Origin: Candidatus Eiseniibacteriota bacterium
GTDB lineage: Bacteria > Eisenbacteria > RBG-16-71-46 > DASYSL01
Assembly: GCA_046598045.1 (NCBI GenBank)
Contig: JBKJJJ010000127.1
Span: 9,419 to 73,418 of the forward strand
DNA length: 64,000 nucleotides
Reading direction: 5' to 3'
The notes under the pieces were generated by a model that was not told where the DNA came from, did no database searches, and was given only the letters and a program-made list of their open reading frames with translations. Every line of letters starts with the position of its first letter. The first letter of the stretch is position 1. Below, one piece after another: positions 39,801 through 48,411 of the stretch. Both the position numbers and the translations under genes were made by a program.

Positions 39801-42800
39801 CTCGACGTCTCGGTCGGACCCACGGCGATGCCCTCGGTCGTCAATGCGGCCGTCGCGTCCGCCACCGGCGATCTCAATGGCGGCAACGACCGCGGGATCG
39901 ATCCCACGAACGTATCCGCGGCGCTCACGCCCGACCTGCAGGTGGTCAAGCGCGCGCTCGCGCCGCCGTTCACCGTGGGCGGCACCGCGAGCTACGCGAT
40001 CACGGTCACGAACGTCGGCTCCGCCGCGACGACCGGTACGATCACGCTCAGCGACACCCTCCCCGCCGGGCTGACGTGGATCTCGGGCAGCGGCGCGGGC
40101 TGGATCGTCACCCAGTCGCTCGGCACCGTCACCGCCACCAACGCCGGCCCGATCGCGCCCGGCGATAGCGCGCTGGTCACGCTGACCGTGCAGGTCGGCG
40201 CAGCGGCCGCGCCATCGGTGATCAACTCCGCCACCGGCAGCACGCCGGGCGACGCGAGCCCGGGCAACGACACCGGCAGCAGCACGACCGCGGTCAATGA
40301 CGCGCCGGACCTGCGCCTCTCGAAGTCGCACGCCTCGGACTTCACCGTGGGCACGAATGGCCAGTACCGCATCACGCTCTTCAATGACGGCTCGATTCCC
40401 ACCACCGGCACGATCACCGTGCTCGACACGCTCCCCTTCGGCCTCGGCTTCGTCGCCGGGACGGGCGCGGGCTGGAGCGTCAACGAGGCGCTCGGCATCG
40501 TGACCGCGACCAATGCGGGCCCGATCGCCGTCGGCGACAGCGCGAGCTTCACGCTCGACGTCACGGTCGGCCCTGCCGCGTTCCCCGGGGTGACCAACTC
40601 CGCGGTGGCGCAGACCGCGGGCGACATCGACGGCGGCAACGATCGCGGAGTCGACCCCACGATCGTCCAGCCGGCGCCGGTCTTCCCGCCGGACCTGCAG
40701 ATCGTCAAACGCGCACCAGGCGCGCCGTTCACGGTGGGCGGCAGCGCCACCTACGTGCTCTCGGTCACCAACGTGGGCACCGGTCCGACCACGGGCGGCA
40801 TCACGGTGACCGACGTCCTCCCCACCGGGATGACCTTTGTCTCGGGCAGCGGAGCAGGCTGGATCGTCACTGCAGCGCTCGGCACGGTCACCGCGACCAA
40901 CGCGGGCCCGATCGCGTCCGGCGACAGCTCGCTGGTCTCGATCATCACGTCGGTCGGCGCGGCCGCGTTGCCTTCGGTCTCGAACAGCGCGAGCGTGGCG
41001 ACGGCCGGCGACGGCAATGCTGCGAACGACAACGGATCGAACACGAGCGCGGTCAACGGCGCCCCGGATCTCGCGATGGGCAAGCGCCACTTCGGCGCGT
41101 TCACGGTCGGACAGCCGGGCGTCTACACGCTGACCGTCCGCAATGTGGGCAGCATCGCGACCACCGGCACGATCACGGTCGTCGACAGCCTGCCGGCCGG
41201 CCTCACCTACGTGACCGGCAACGGCGCGGGCTGGGCCTTCGGCGCAGCCGGCCAGGTCGTGACCGCGACCAACGCCGGGCCGATCGCGGCCGGCGACAGC
41301 CTCTCCTTCACGCTCACGGTGGCGGTCGGCAATGCCGCCCTGCCGGGCGTGACCAACGTCGCGGTCGCCCGGACGCCGGGGGATGCCAGCCCCGCGAATG
41401 ATCGCGCGACCGATGCGACCGCGATCAGCGGCGCGCCCGACGTCGCATTGCTCAAGCGCCACGTGGGTTCGTTCACGGTGGGCGCGAACGCCGCGTACCA
41501 GATCGCGGTGCTCAACCTCGGCACCGCGGCAACCGCGGGCACGATCACCGTGCGCGACACGCTGCCCACCGGCCTCACGTTCGTGTCGCTTACGGGGGCA
41601 GGCTGGAGCAGCTCGCTCTCGGGCAACGTGGTCACCGCCACGAACCCAGGCCCGATCGCGCCGGCCGACAGCGCCACGTTCACGCTCACCGTGCTCGTCG
41701 GCCCGGCGGCGTATCCGTCGGTCCTGAACGCGGCCGTGGCGCAGGTCGCCGGCGACAACAACCCGGGCAACGACCGCGGCAGTGACGTGCCGGCACCGGT
41801 CGTCTACGCGTCGCAGCTCGCGCTCGAGAAGCGCGCCGCGCCCTCGATCGTCGAGCCTGCGGACGTGGTCACCTACACGCTCGTCCTCTCGAACCTGGGC
41901 GTCTCGCAGGTGCCCGGAGTGGTGGTGCGCGACACGCTGCCGGTCGGCTTCCGCTTCGCCGACGGCACCGCGTCGGTCAACGGCACGCCGATCGCCGACC
42001 CGGCAGGAGCGCCGGGTGCGGGGCTCGCGTTCAACGTCGGCACCGTGCCGGCGAACGGCGCGATCACGCTGCGCTACCGCGCGCTGGTCGGGACGTCGGC
42101 CGTACTGGGCGACGGCATCAACCGTGCCTACGCGGAGAACGCCGGACTCAACCTGCGCTCGAACACCGCCGCGGCGAAGGTCACGATCCACGGCGGCGTG
42201 TTCGCCGACGACGGCGTGCTCGCCGGCAAGGTGTGGGCGGATTGCGACTGCGATTCGAACCGCGCACAGGGCAAGGAGGAACTCGGGGTGCCCGGCGTGC
42301 GGGTCTACCTCGAGGACGGCCGCTCGGCGATCACCGACGTCGAGGGCAAGTACCACTTCGAGGCGGTCGCGCCGCGCCTGCACACGGTCAAGCTCGACAA
42401 GACGACGCTGCCCCAGGGCGCGCACATCGAGGTCGTGAACACGCGCGACGGCATGAGCCCGGGCACGCGCTTTGCGGACGTCAAGGACGGCGAGCTCTAC
42501 CGCGCCGACTTCGCGCTCGCGGGCTGCGACCCGGCGTTCGTGTCCGAGCTCAAGGCCCGGCGCGAGCTGGGCGAGGTGCGCGCGGCGATCCAGACCGCGC
42601 AGCCGACGACCGCTGCCAACGTGGAGCCGGGCGCGACGCGCGTGCTCGACGGCACGCCGTGGGCGGGGGAAGCGGGCGCGCGCAGCGACGACGGCGCGTT
42701 CTATCACGTGATGCCCGGGCATCTCAATGACGGCGCCGCGGGCTCCGATCCGCGCAACTTGCTGTCGGCGGCGAGCTCGCTCGTGCCCGACGCGCCGGGC

Positions 42801-45800
42801 ACGCCGGGGCTGCTCGCCGGCCACATCAGGAACGCGGCCCCGGGGCTCGAGATCTCGGTCCCCCGCCGCCCGGCGCCGGCCGACGGCCACACGCTCGTGC
42901 CGGTGACGGTGCGCGTGCCCGGGGATGCGCCGGTGGCGGTCACGCTCGACAGTGATCTCGGCCTCTGGCAGGTCGCCGACCAGGATCCGAAGCACGACGG
43001 CATCCAGACCAGCGTCACGCACCAGGCCACGTTCCTGCTGGTCGCCCCGGCCTCCGCCGGCGCGGGCACGGTGCGCGTGACCGAGGACACGGACCTGAAG
43101 GGCAAGGTCACGTCGGACGGCCCGACCGCCCTGAGCGGCGTGCGCGAGGCCGAGGCCGGCCTCGTGTTCATCCCGAGCCCGCGGCCGTGGCTGGTCACGG
43201 GCACGATCGAGGGCCGCTACGACGGGCGCTCGGTCCACGCCGACGAGCTCGCTCCGGGGCAGATTCGGGACCGCTTCGAGGACGCGTTCACGGTCGTTCG
43301 TTCGGACAACAGCGACGGCACATCGAACCTCGGCGCGCGCGGCGCGATGTTCGCGAAGGGCACGATCGGCGGCAACGTGGGCGTGACCTTCCGCTTCGAC
43401 TCCGAGCACGCGGCGGACCGTCGCCGCTTCGACGACATTCGCCCGGACGAGGGCGAGGCGAACTTCGGCGACGCGTCGGTCTCGGGCTTCGAGGCGCAGT
43501 CGACCGAGCGCCTGTACGCGCGCCTCGAGCGCGGCCGCTCGTACGCTCTGTACGGCGATTTCCAGACCGCGGCGCTCGACCCGATCCGCGTGCTCGGCGC
43601 GTACTTCCGCGGCGTCAACGGCGGACGCGCGCACCTCGAGAACGGGCGCGCGGCGGTGGACGCGTTCGCGACGCATGACAAGGACCGCCAGGTCGTCGAC
43701 GAGATCGACGGCCGCGGCATCTCGGGCCCGTATCCGCTGTCGCGCAAGGACGGCGTGCTCAACAGCGAGCGCGTCGAGATCGTCACGCGCGACCGCAACA
43801 ACCCGTCGGTGATCCTCGCCCGCAAGGTGATGACGCGCTTCGCGGATTACACGATCGAGCCCTTCACCGGGCGCCTCCTGTTCCGCGCGCCGGTCGAGGC
43901 GCTGGACGAGCGCCTGAACCCGGTCTCGGTGCGCGTGACCTACGAGGTCGAGGGCGGCGGCGACCGCTTCTGGACCGCGGGCGGCAGCGCGAATCTCAAG
44001 CCGGTCGATGGCGTCGAGCTGATGGGCTCGTACGTCAAGGAGGACGACCCGGCGCGCGAGCACGTGCAGTACGGTGCCGGCGCCACCGTGAAGCTCCTCG
44101 CGCGCACGTTCGTGACGGGCGAGTGGGCGCGCACCGACAGCGCGGGCACGGGCGCGGCGAACGCGTATCGCGGGGAGATCCGCCACCAGGCGGACCACCT
44201 CGACCTGCGCGGCTTCGCGGTGCGCACCGATGCCGGCTTCGACAACCCCTCGTCCGGCTACGCGGCCGGACGCCAGGAATGGGGCGGCGGCGCGCGCTAC
44301 CTGCTGGGCGGACGCTCGTCCGCCACGGCCGAGGGCGTGCTGACGAAGGACCTCGCGACCGGCGGACGCCGGAAGGGCGCGTCGCTCGGCCTCGAGCGCC
44401 GCCTCTCGGACGGCGTGTCGCTCGGCATCGGTTATCGCTGGGCGCGCGAGAGCTCGCTGCCGGCGGGCGGCGGCAACGCCGTGCCGACTCCGAACGAGAC
44501 CGACGCCGCGCGCGCACGGCTCACGGCGCAGTTCAACCCGCGCACGAGCCTGTTCGCCGAGTACGAGAACGACCTCGGCGCGGGCAACGCGAAACGCTTC
44601 GAGGTGGGCGGCGACCGGCGCCTCACCGACCATGTGCGGGCGTACGCGCGCCACGAATTCCTGAACGGCTTCGCGGGCCCGTACGCGCTCGACGACCGCC
44701 AGGGCCTCAACACCACCGTCTTCGGGTTCGCGGCCGACGGCCAGTCCGACCTCTCGGCGTTCAGCGAGTACCGCGTGCGCGACGCGTTCGCGGGGCGCAA
44801 CGCCGAGGCCGCGATGGGCCTGAGGGACCGCTTCCGCCTCTCCCCCGCCGTGCGCGTCCTGCTGTCGGTCGAGCGGGTCACGCCGACGAAGGGCGCGCCG
44901 GCGAGCGACGGCATGACCGCGATCGCGAGCGGACTCGAGTGGACCGGCGACCCGCTGACCAAGGGCTCGCTGCGGCTCGAGTACCGCAAGTCGCAGGACC
45001 AGCCGCAATGGCTCGCGTCGGGCGGCCTGGCGCGCAAGCTCGGCCGGGACTGGACGGGCCTCGCGCGCTCGATGTGGAGCTGGGCGCCGAGCCAGCAGCG
45101 CACGGTGGCGCGCGACGAGATCGCGTTCGCGCTGCGCGAGACCGATCGCAACCACTGGAACGTGCTCGGCCGCATCGAGCACCGCCTGGACGAGCAGCAG
45201 CTCGAGCCCGGATTCGACAGCCGCCACGAGGTGTTCCTCGCCTCCACGCGGCTCAACCTCCGCGCCTCGCGCCCGCTCACGCTGATGGGCCGCGCGGCCG
45301 GCAAGTGGACATTCGACGACGCCGGCGCCCGCACGATCGACGGCCGCGGCGCGCTGGCCTCGCTGCGCGCGCTCTACGACCTGTCCCCGCGGCTCGACCT
45401 CGCGCTGGCGGCGCGCTCGCGCTTCGACGGCTCGTTCGACCGCCGCACCGACGGGCTCGGCGCCGAGCTCGGCGTGCTGGTGACGAAGAACCTCAGGCTT
45501 TCGGGTGGCTACAACGCATTCGGGTTCCACGATCCGGACTTCGCCTCGCTCGAGCGCACGGACAAGGGTCCGTTCCTCGCGTTCGGCTTCAAGTTCGACG
45601 AGGGCCTGTTCGGGGGTGGGCACGACGCGGTGCCGGCGGCGGCTTCGGCCCCGGCCGAGGGCGTCCAGCGCGGGGCAATCGCGACCGCGCCGAGGGACAC
45701 GCTGTCGGCCAACTGGGCGCGCGTCAGCGACCCCGCGATCGCGGGCGACCTGCGCACGATCGACGCCTGGCGCGCGCGGGTCGACGCCCAGCCCGATTCG

Positions 45801-46745
45801 CTCGGCATCTACGGGCGCGCCAAGGCGAGGGCCTGGCTCACGCTCGCCCGCGCCGAATACACCGACAACGACCGCACCGGCGACGCCGAGCGCGCGCTGG
45901 CGAACGCCGTGGCGCTCTACCATGCAATGAACGGGGCGAGCGGCATCGATTCGGCCGCGTTCGCAGCCGCCTCGGCGCGGTCCCTCCCGCGCCCCGAGCA
46001 CCTGGCCGCGGGCGACATCGACGCGCGGATCGCGACGTTGAAGACGCACCCCGGATTCCACTGCGCCGAGGAGGAGGTCGCGCGTTACGAGGTCGAGCTC
46101 GCCTGGGCCGGGAACGAGGACCGGGACCAGGGCGCATGCAAGGCCACGCCGCACGAACAGGAAGCGCAGCGCCTTGCCGAGTCGATCGAGGCCAAGGAGG
46201 CGGAGTGCGTCAAGCCGGTCGCGATTCCCGTCCCGGTGGATACGACGCAGGCCCCGCCGGTCATGCCGAACTCGGAAATCGAGGAGATCCAGGCTGCGCT
46301 GGCCGAGATCCCGAGCGGGATCCACTTTGCGCTCAATCGCAATGACCTGAGCGCCACGTCCAGGGACGTCCTCGCGAGGATCGGCGTGGTGATGGCGAAG
46401 TACCCGCACATCAAGGTCGATCTCAAGGGCCACACCGATTCGCGCGGCTCGGTCGCGTACAACCTCGCGCTGTCGAAGCGCCGCGCGGACGCGGTGCAGA
46501 ATGGGCTCGAAGCGGTGGGCGTGGACTCCGCGCGCATCACCACGTCGTTCGCCGGCAAGGGCGAGTTGCTCACGGCGGAGAAGGACGTGCGCGACCTCGC
46601 GCTCAACCGGCGCGTGGACTTCCACTACTATGACCCGACCGGGACCGAGATCATCGCGAAGAAGCAGACCGGGGACATCCAGATCGAGAAGCCGAAGCCG
46701 GCCAGGCGGCCCGCGCGCAAGCGGGCCGTGAAGACCACGCGGTAG
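36804..46745 (+). CDS. Giant cell-surface protein (3313 aa): signal peptide, N-terminal domain, about 11 DUF11 repeats, SdrD-B/CnaB-like domain, long beta-rich (putative beta-barrel) region, C-terminal OmpA-like peptidoglycan-binding domain
   Basis: The start is the GTG at 36804 behind GGAGG (7-nt spacer), giving VISSVYRRALVLVLGLLAIPAIASAQ. The ORF-track frame is open from 36519. DUF11 repeats have the form PDLQLAKRHAGDFTVG..GQYTITVTNVG..PTTGTITVVDTLPSGLG...GAGW...GIVTAT. The SdrD-B-like segment is GKVWADCDCDSNRAQGKEELGVPGVRVYLEDGRSAITDVEGKYHF. The OmpA_C segment is IHFALNRNDLSATSRDVLARIGVVMAKYPHIKVDLKGHTDSRGSVAYNLALSKRRADAVQNGL. Confidence 0.85.
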   Translation: MISSVYRRALVLVLGLLAIPAIASAQFTIQRTSSPIFYNDVGNSPSLRCMYASYEVTNTGGSTIADVWVDIGSFTGGVVGRASSEDGVVELGAMAPGQRKTAYFYLQANTTTGVAQGHTVHVYASRPPASAALTQSYTITSVQSTIAANANKVTTVVSGPNPPQVGGIVTITVSGHTGTIGSPPVLAFSPATDILWSAAVFEMISTRITFSGSPNAGVVTDSLIVAPADPGNTDYVAVYTMRAAGTTVAPTAVTPIGYFASGANVKHTDTGNYGGFAPIPPPESKLTLTKSATPTYIVDGGVSTYTIHIVNSGFADGTLDDIKDVLPGASTIVPGSSTFNGLPIGDPSVAGRTAFWYGPFTLLANSSRDLIYQASFPATAGTFVNQALAHVGSAIIDTTLALSDSLPGKAPIVVYVHNADISITKGDVPDPVGPDSTLTYTLVVSNAGPDTAFTTSALDTLPAGVAFVNASATQGTASEASGVVQVAIGTLAPGASSTITIVVTPSAVGTLVNTARATNARVDYVPGNNTATTTTTVRLPPLPDMQIIKRAAPAMFTVGQTVAYILSLTNIGTGPTEGAIAVVDTLPAGLSYVSGSGPGWSVSESGGVVTATNPGPIALGDSALVTIQATVRAAAFPGVLNLARVTTFRDSDAANDTSSVVNAVLGAPDLQLAKRHAGDFTVGSPGQYTITVTNVGNLPTTSTITVVDTLPSGLGYIAAAGAGWTTNETSGIVTATYASLILPGDSTSFTLDVTVGPAAAPWAVNTAVSTVTGDVGAANDRGVDSTRVIGFPDVQMIKRAVGAPFTVGGIATWTLTATNVGSGATTGPITITDTLAPGLTFGSAAGTGFSTSFADPTVTATYAAALAPGDSATVTLTARVSAAASPAVANTALANTPGDTSAANDSSTATSAVNDAPDVRLAKRHAGDFTVGVNGQYVIKVYNEGSAPTTGTVTVLDTLPSGLGFVAGTGAGWTVNEALGIVTATNAGPIAAGDSASFTLDVSVGPTAMPSVVNAAVASATGDLNGGNDRGIDPTNVSAALTPDLQVVKRALAPPFTVGGTASYAITVTNVGSAATTGTITLSDTLPAGLTWISGSGAGWIVTQSLGTVTATNAGPIAPGDSALVTLTVQVGAAAAPSVINSATGSTPGDASPGNDTGSSTTAVNDAPDLRLSKSHASDFTVGTNGQYRITLFNDGSIPTTGTITVLDTLPFGLGFVAGTGAGWSVNEALGIVTATNAGPIAVGDSASFTLDVTVGPAAFPGVTNSAVAQTAGDIDGGNDRGVDPTIVQPAPVFPPDLQIVKRAPGAPFTVGGSATYVLSVTNVGTGPTTGGITVTDVLPTGMTFVSGSGAGWIVTAALGTVTATNAGPIASGDSSLVSIITSVGAAALPSVSNSASVATAGDGNAANDNGSNTSAVNGAPDLAMGKRHFGAFTVGQPGVYTLTVRNVGSIATTGTITVVDSLPAGLTYVTGNGAGWAFGAAGQVVTATNAGPIAAGDSLSFTLTVAVGNAALPGVTNVAVARTPGDASPANDRATDATAISGAPDVALLKRHVGSFTVGANAAYQIAVLNLGTAATAGTITVRDTLPTGLTFVSLTGAGWSSSLSGNVVTATNPGPIAPADSATFTLTVLVGPAAYPSVLNAAVAQVAGDNNPGNDRGSDVPAPVVYASQLALEKRAAPSIVEPADVVTYTLVLSNLGVSQVPGVVVRDTLPVGFRFADGTASVNGTPIADPAGAPGAGLAFNVGTVPANGAITLRYRALVGTSAVLGDGINRAYAENAGLNLRSNTAAAKVTIHGGVFADDGVLAGKVWADCDCDSNRAQGKEELGVPGVRVYLEDGRSAITDVEGKYHFEAVAPRLHTVKLDKTTLPQGAHIEVVNTRDGMSPGTRFADVKDGELYRADFALAGCDPAFVSELKARRELGEVRAAIQTAQPTTAANVEPGATRVLDGTPWAGEAGARSDDGAFYHVMPGHLNDGAAGSDPRNLLSAASSLVPDAPGTPGLLAGHIRNAAPGLEISVPRRPAPADGHTLVPVTVRVPGDAPVAVTLDSDLGLWQVADQDPKHDGIQTSVTHQATFLLVAPASAGAGTVRVTEDTDLKGKVTSDGPTALSGVREAEAGLVFIPSPRPWLVTGTIEGRYDGRSVHADELAPGQIRDRFEDAFTVVRSDNSDGTSNLGARGAMFAKGTIGGNVGVTFRFDSEHAADRRRFDDIRPDEGEANFGDASVSGFEAQSTERLYARLERGRSYALYGDFQTAALDPIRVLGAYFRGVNGGRAHLENGRAAVDAFATHDKDRQVVDEIDGRGISGPYPLSRKDGVLNSERVEIVTRDRNNPSVILARKVMTRFADYTIEPFTGRLLFRAPVEALDERLNPVSVRVTYEVEGGGDRFWTAGGSANLKPVDGVELMGSYVKEDDPAREHVQYGAGATVKLLARTFVTGEWARTDSAGTGAANAYRGEIRHQADHLDLRGFAVRTDAGFDNPSSGYAAGRQEWGGGARYLLGGRSSATAEGVLTKDLATGGRRKGASLGLERRLSDGVSLGIGYRWARESSLPAGGGNAVPTPNETDAARARLTAQFNPRTSLFAEYENDLGAGNAKRFEVGGDRRLTDHVRAYARHEFLNGFAGPYALDDRQGLNTTVFGFAADGQSDLSAFSEYRVRDAFAGRNAEAAMGLRDRFRLSPAVRVLLSVERVTPTKGAPASDGMTAIASGLEWTGDPLTKGSLRLEYRKSQDQPQWLASGGLARKLGRDWTGLARSMWSWAPSQQRTVARDEIAFALRETDRNHWNVLGRIEHRLDEQQLEPGFDSRHEVFLASTRLNLRASRPLTLMGRAAGKWTFDDAGARTIDGRGALASLRALYDLSPRLDLALAARSRFDGSFDRRTDGLGAELGVLVTKNLRLSGGYNAFGFHDPDFASLERTDKGPFLAFGFKFDEGLFGGGHDAVPAAASAPAEGVQRGAIATAPRDTLSANWARVSDPAIAGDLRTIDAWRARVDAQPDSLGIYGRAKARAWLTLARAEYTDNDRTGDAERALANAVALYHAMNGASGIDSAAFAAASARSLPRPEHLAAGDIDARIATLKTHPGFHCAEEEVARYEVELAWAGNEDRDQGACKATPHEQEAQRLAESIEAKEAECVKPVAIPVPVDTTQAPPVMPNSEIEEIQAALAEIPSGIHFALNRNDLSATSRDVLARIGVVMAKYPHIKVDLKGHTDSRGSVAYNLALSKRRADAVQNGLEAVGVDSARITTSFAGKGELLTAEKDVRDLALNRRVDFHYYDPTGTEIIAKKQTGDIQIEKPKPARRPARKRAVKTTR
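38050..41900 (+). repeat. Tandem array of DUF11-type repeat units inside the giant gene, organised as an alternating A/B di-domain unit of about 750 nt repeated at least 4 times (approximate boundaries)
   Basis: A-type units begin APD(L/V)(Q/R)LAKRHAGDFTVG near 38806, 39551, 40302 and 41061, giving periods of 745, 751 and 759 nt. B-type units (KRA.GAPFTVGG...NVG.G.TTG.IT) sit between them. Confidence 0.7.
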
Positions 46746-46770
46746 CCCAGGGGCCGATCGCAAACAAAGC

Positions 46771-46805
46771 GGGCCGCCGGAGCGATCCGGCGGCCCGTTT
46801 GCTTT
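46771..46805. terminator. Bidirectional intrinsic terminator between the convergent giant gene and the thioredoxin-TPR gene
   Basis: A perfect 10-bp stem gggccgccgg / ccggcggccc with loop agcgat is flanked by aaacaaagc upstream and gtttgcttt downstream, so it has U-tracts in both orientations. Confidence 0.7.
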
Positions 46806-46825
46806 CCCCCTCCCGCAGCCGGCCG

Positions 46826-48223
46826 CTACTGCCCGGCGGCCGGCGGACCCAGGAGCGCGTCCCGCCGCTTGGTCAACGTGGCGAGCGTCGAGCGGCTGCG
46901 CTGCGCCTCGGGAAGCGCGTTGAGATACGCGATCGCCACCTCGTACGTCTTGCGCGCGGACACGGCGTCGCCCTTGCCCGTGAACGCATCGGCGCGTGCG
47001 AGATAGCTGCGCAGCTTGCGCGGCCCGTAGGCCCGCGCGAGCGCCCGGTCGGTTGCCGCCAGCGCGTCATCCCAGCGCTTGAGCGCGTTGTAGGCGATCG
47101 CCAGCCGGGCCGGCGGATTGTAATCGTTCGGTAGCGCCTGCTCGGACGCCTGGAGCATCGGGATGGCCTTCTCAGGCTGTCCCAGCTCGAGGTACGCCGA
47201 GAGCCGGTGCGGATCGAACACCGCGCGCTCGTCCGCCGTCCTGGCGCGGGCCGCGGCGCCCTCGAGGAAAGCGGCCCATTGCTCTGCGACCGCGTGCGCC
47301 CCGGTCGAATCGTGCGCCTCGGAGCGGGCGTCGTGCAACACGCCGTACGTGCCGCTGCGGTCATCGTCCGACATCAGGATCGAGGGGTCGGCCAGGTAGT
47401 CCCGCGTCCTCGCCTCGTAGCGCGCGATCAGCGCGGCACGCCCTTCCGCCGTGTCCGGCAACGCCAGCGCCGCCCCGAGCGCGCTGCCCGTGATGCTCGC
47501 GCCCGAGGTCGTGCGTCCGAGGCGCGGCAGCACGGTCTCGGCGAGCGCGAGCGAGGCGCGGCTCTGGTCGGTGGTCGAGAGCGCGTACATGAGCGATTCG
47601 ACCGCGCGTGCGTAGCTCGCGTCTCCCGGCGCGAGCGCCGGCAACGCCTCCTGGTAGGCCGTGGCCGCGGCCGCATAGTTGCCGTCGCCGTACAGGCGAT
47701 CCGCACGCGCGAGCGGTCCCCCGGGCGCCGCGAGTGCGGCGCGCGCGTCGTCGAGGAAGGCGTGGAGCTGGGGTAGCGTCATGCCGCCGACCCAACGCCG
47801 GACGACGGTCTCGCTCTCGGCGTTCACCACGTAGAACGTGGGAAGCGCCTCGGTCGGGAGCTTCTTGAGCGCGGCCTGGTTCCTGGATTTCTCGTTATCA
47901 AGCGCCAGCCAGACAAACTGCCCGGCCCGGCTCGAGAGGGACGCGTCCGTGAAGACGAACGCCCTCATCGAGCGACACGTGTGTCACCAGGGTGCCCACG
48001 ACTCGACGAAGATCGGAACGTGCCGCGCGCGCGCGATCGTCACCGCCCGCGCGTAATTGTCGGCGATGAACGGCACGGCCTCGGGACGCGCGGCCGCCTT
48101 CGCGACCGGCTTCGCGGCGTGCTTCGCGGGGTGCTTCGCGGCCACCGCGGCCTGCGCTGGCGCACTCGAGCCGGCCACGGCGGCGAACGCGAGGATGAGG
48201 AGCGATCCAACTCGAGCCAGCAT
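46826..48223 (-). CDS. Secreted thioredoxin-fold plus TPR protein with an in-frame TGA at the first Cys of the W-C-x-x-C motif; candidate selenoprotein (alternatively a pseudogene or sequencing error)
   Basis: Two ORF-track ORFs (47984..48346 and 46826..47968) are in the same frame and are separated only by the TGA at 47984..47986. The read-through product is MLARVGSLLILAFAAVAGSSAPAQA...VPIFVESWAPW-[TGA]-HTCRSMRAFVFTDASL..., that is WAPW(U)HTC, a TlpA/DsbE-like WCxxC motif with Sec at the nucleophilic position, followed by about 300 aa of TPR repeats. The start is assigned to the ATG (codon 48221..48223) behind GGAGGTG (7-nt spacer). Confidence 0.5.
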
Positions 48224-48411
48224 GCTTGCACCTCCAATGCGGGAGAACGACCGTCGGCAGCATGCCCCAGCGCCAGGACGCGCGCAACGGCCGCGCGATA
48301 TCGGCCCCGGCGCCCCGTCCCGGCGACTCAGGGCGATCCGCAACAACCGGTTGCCAGTCTGTCGCTTATGGCTCCGAAGCGCGCGTCCCGCTGATCCGCT
48401 AGGATACGCGG

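Noticed and set aside
36543-46763. A 3406-aa stop-free ORF on the minus strand, antisense to the entire giant gene.
   Set aside because: Its translation is Arg/Gly/Asp/Ala low-complexity with no domains, and it mirrors the sense gene codon for codon. The sense strand encodes well-formed DUF11, SdrD-B and OmpA domains with a signal peptide and SD. In 70% GC DNA, antisense frames of GC3-rich genes rarely contain TAA, TAG or TGA. It is a striking shadow ORF but not a gene.
47930-47983. A candidate SECIS-like hairpin downstream of the in-frame TGA (minus strand).
   Set aside because: A bulged stem-loop can be drawn, but its spacing (about 20 nt from the UGA) and its apical loop (UUCACG) do not match the E. 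coli fdhF-type bacterial SECIS. It is reported only as unconfirmed within the selenoprotein finding, not as a feature.
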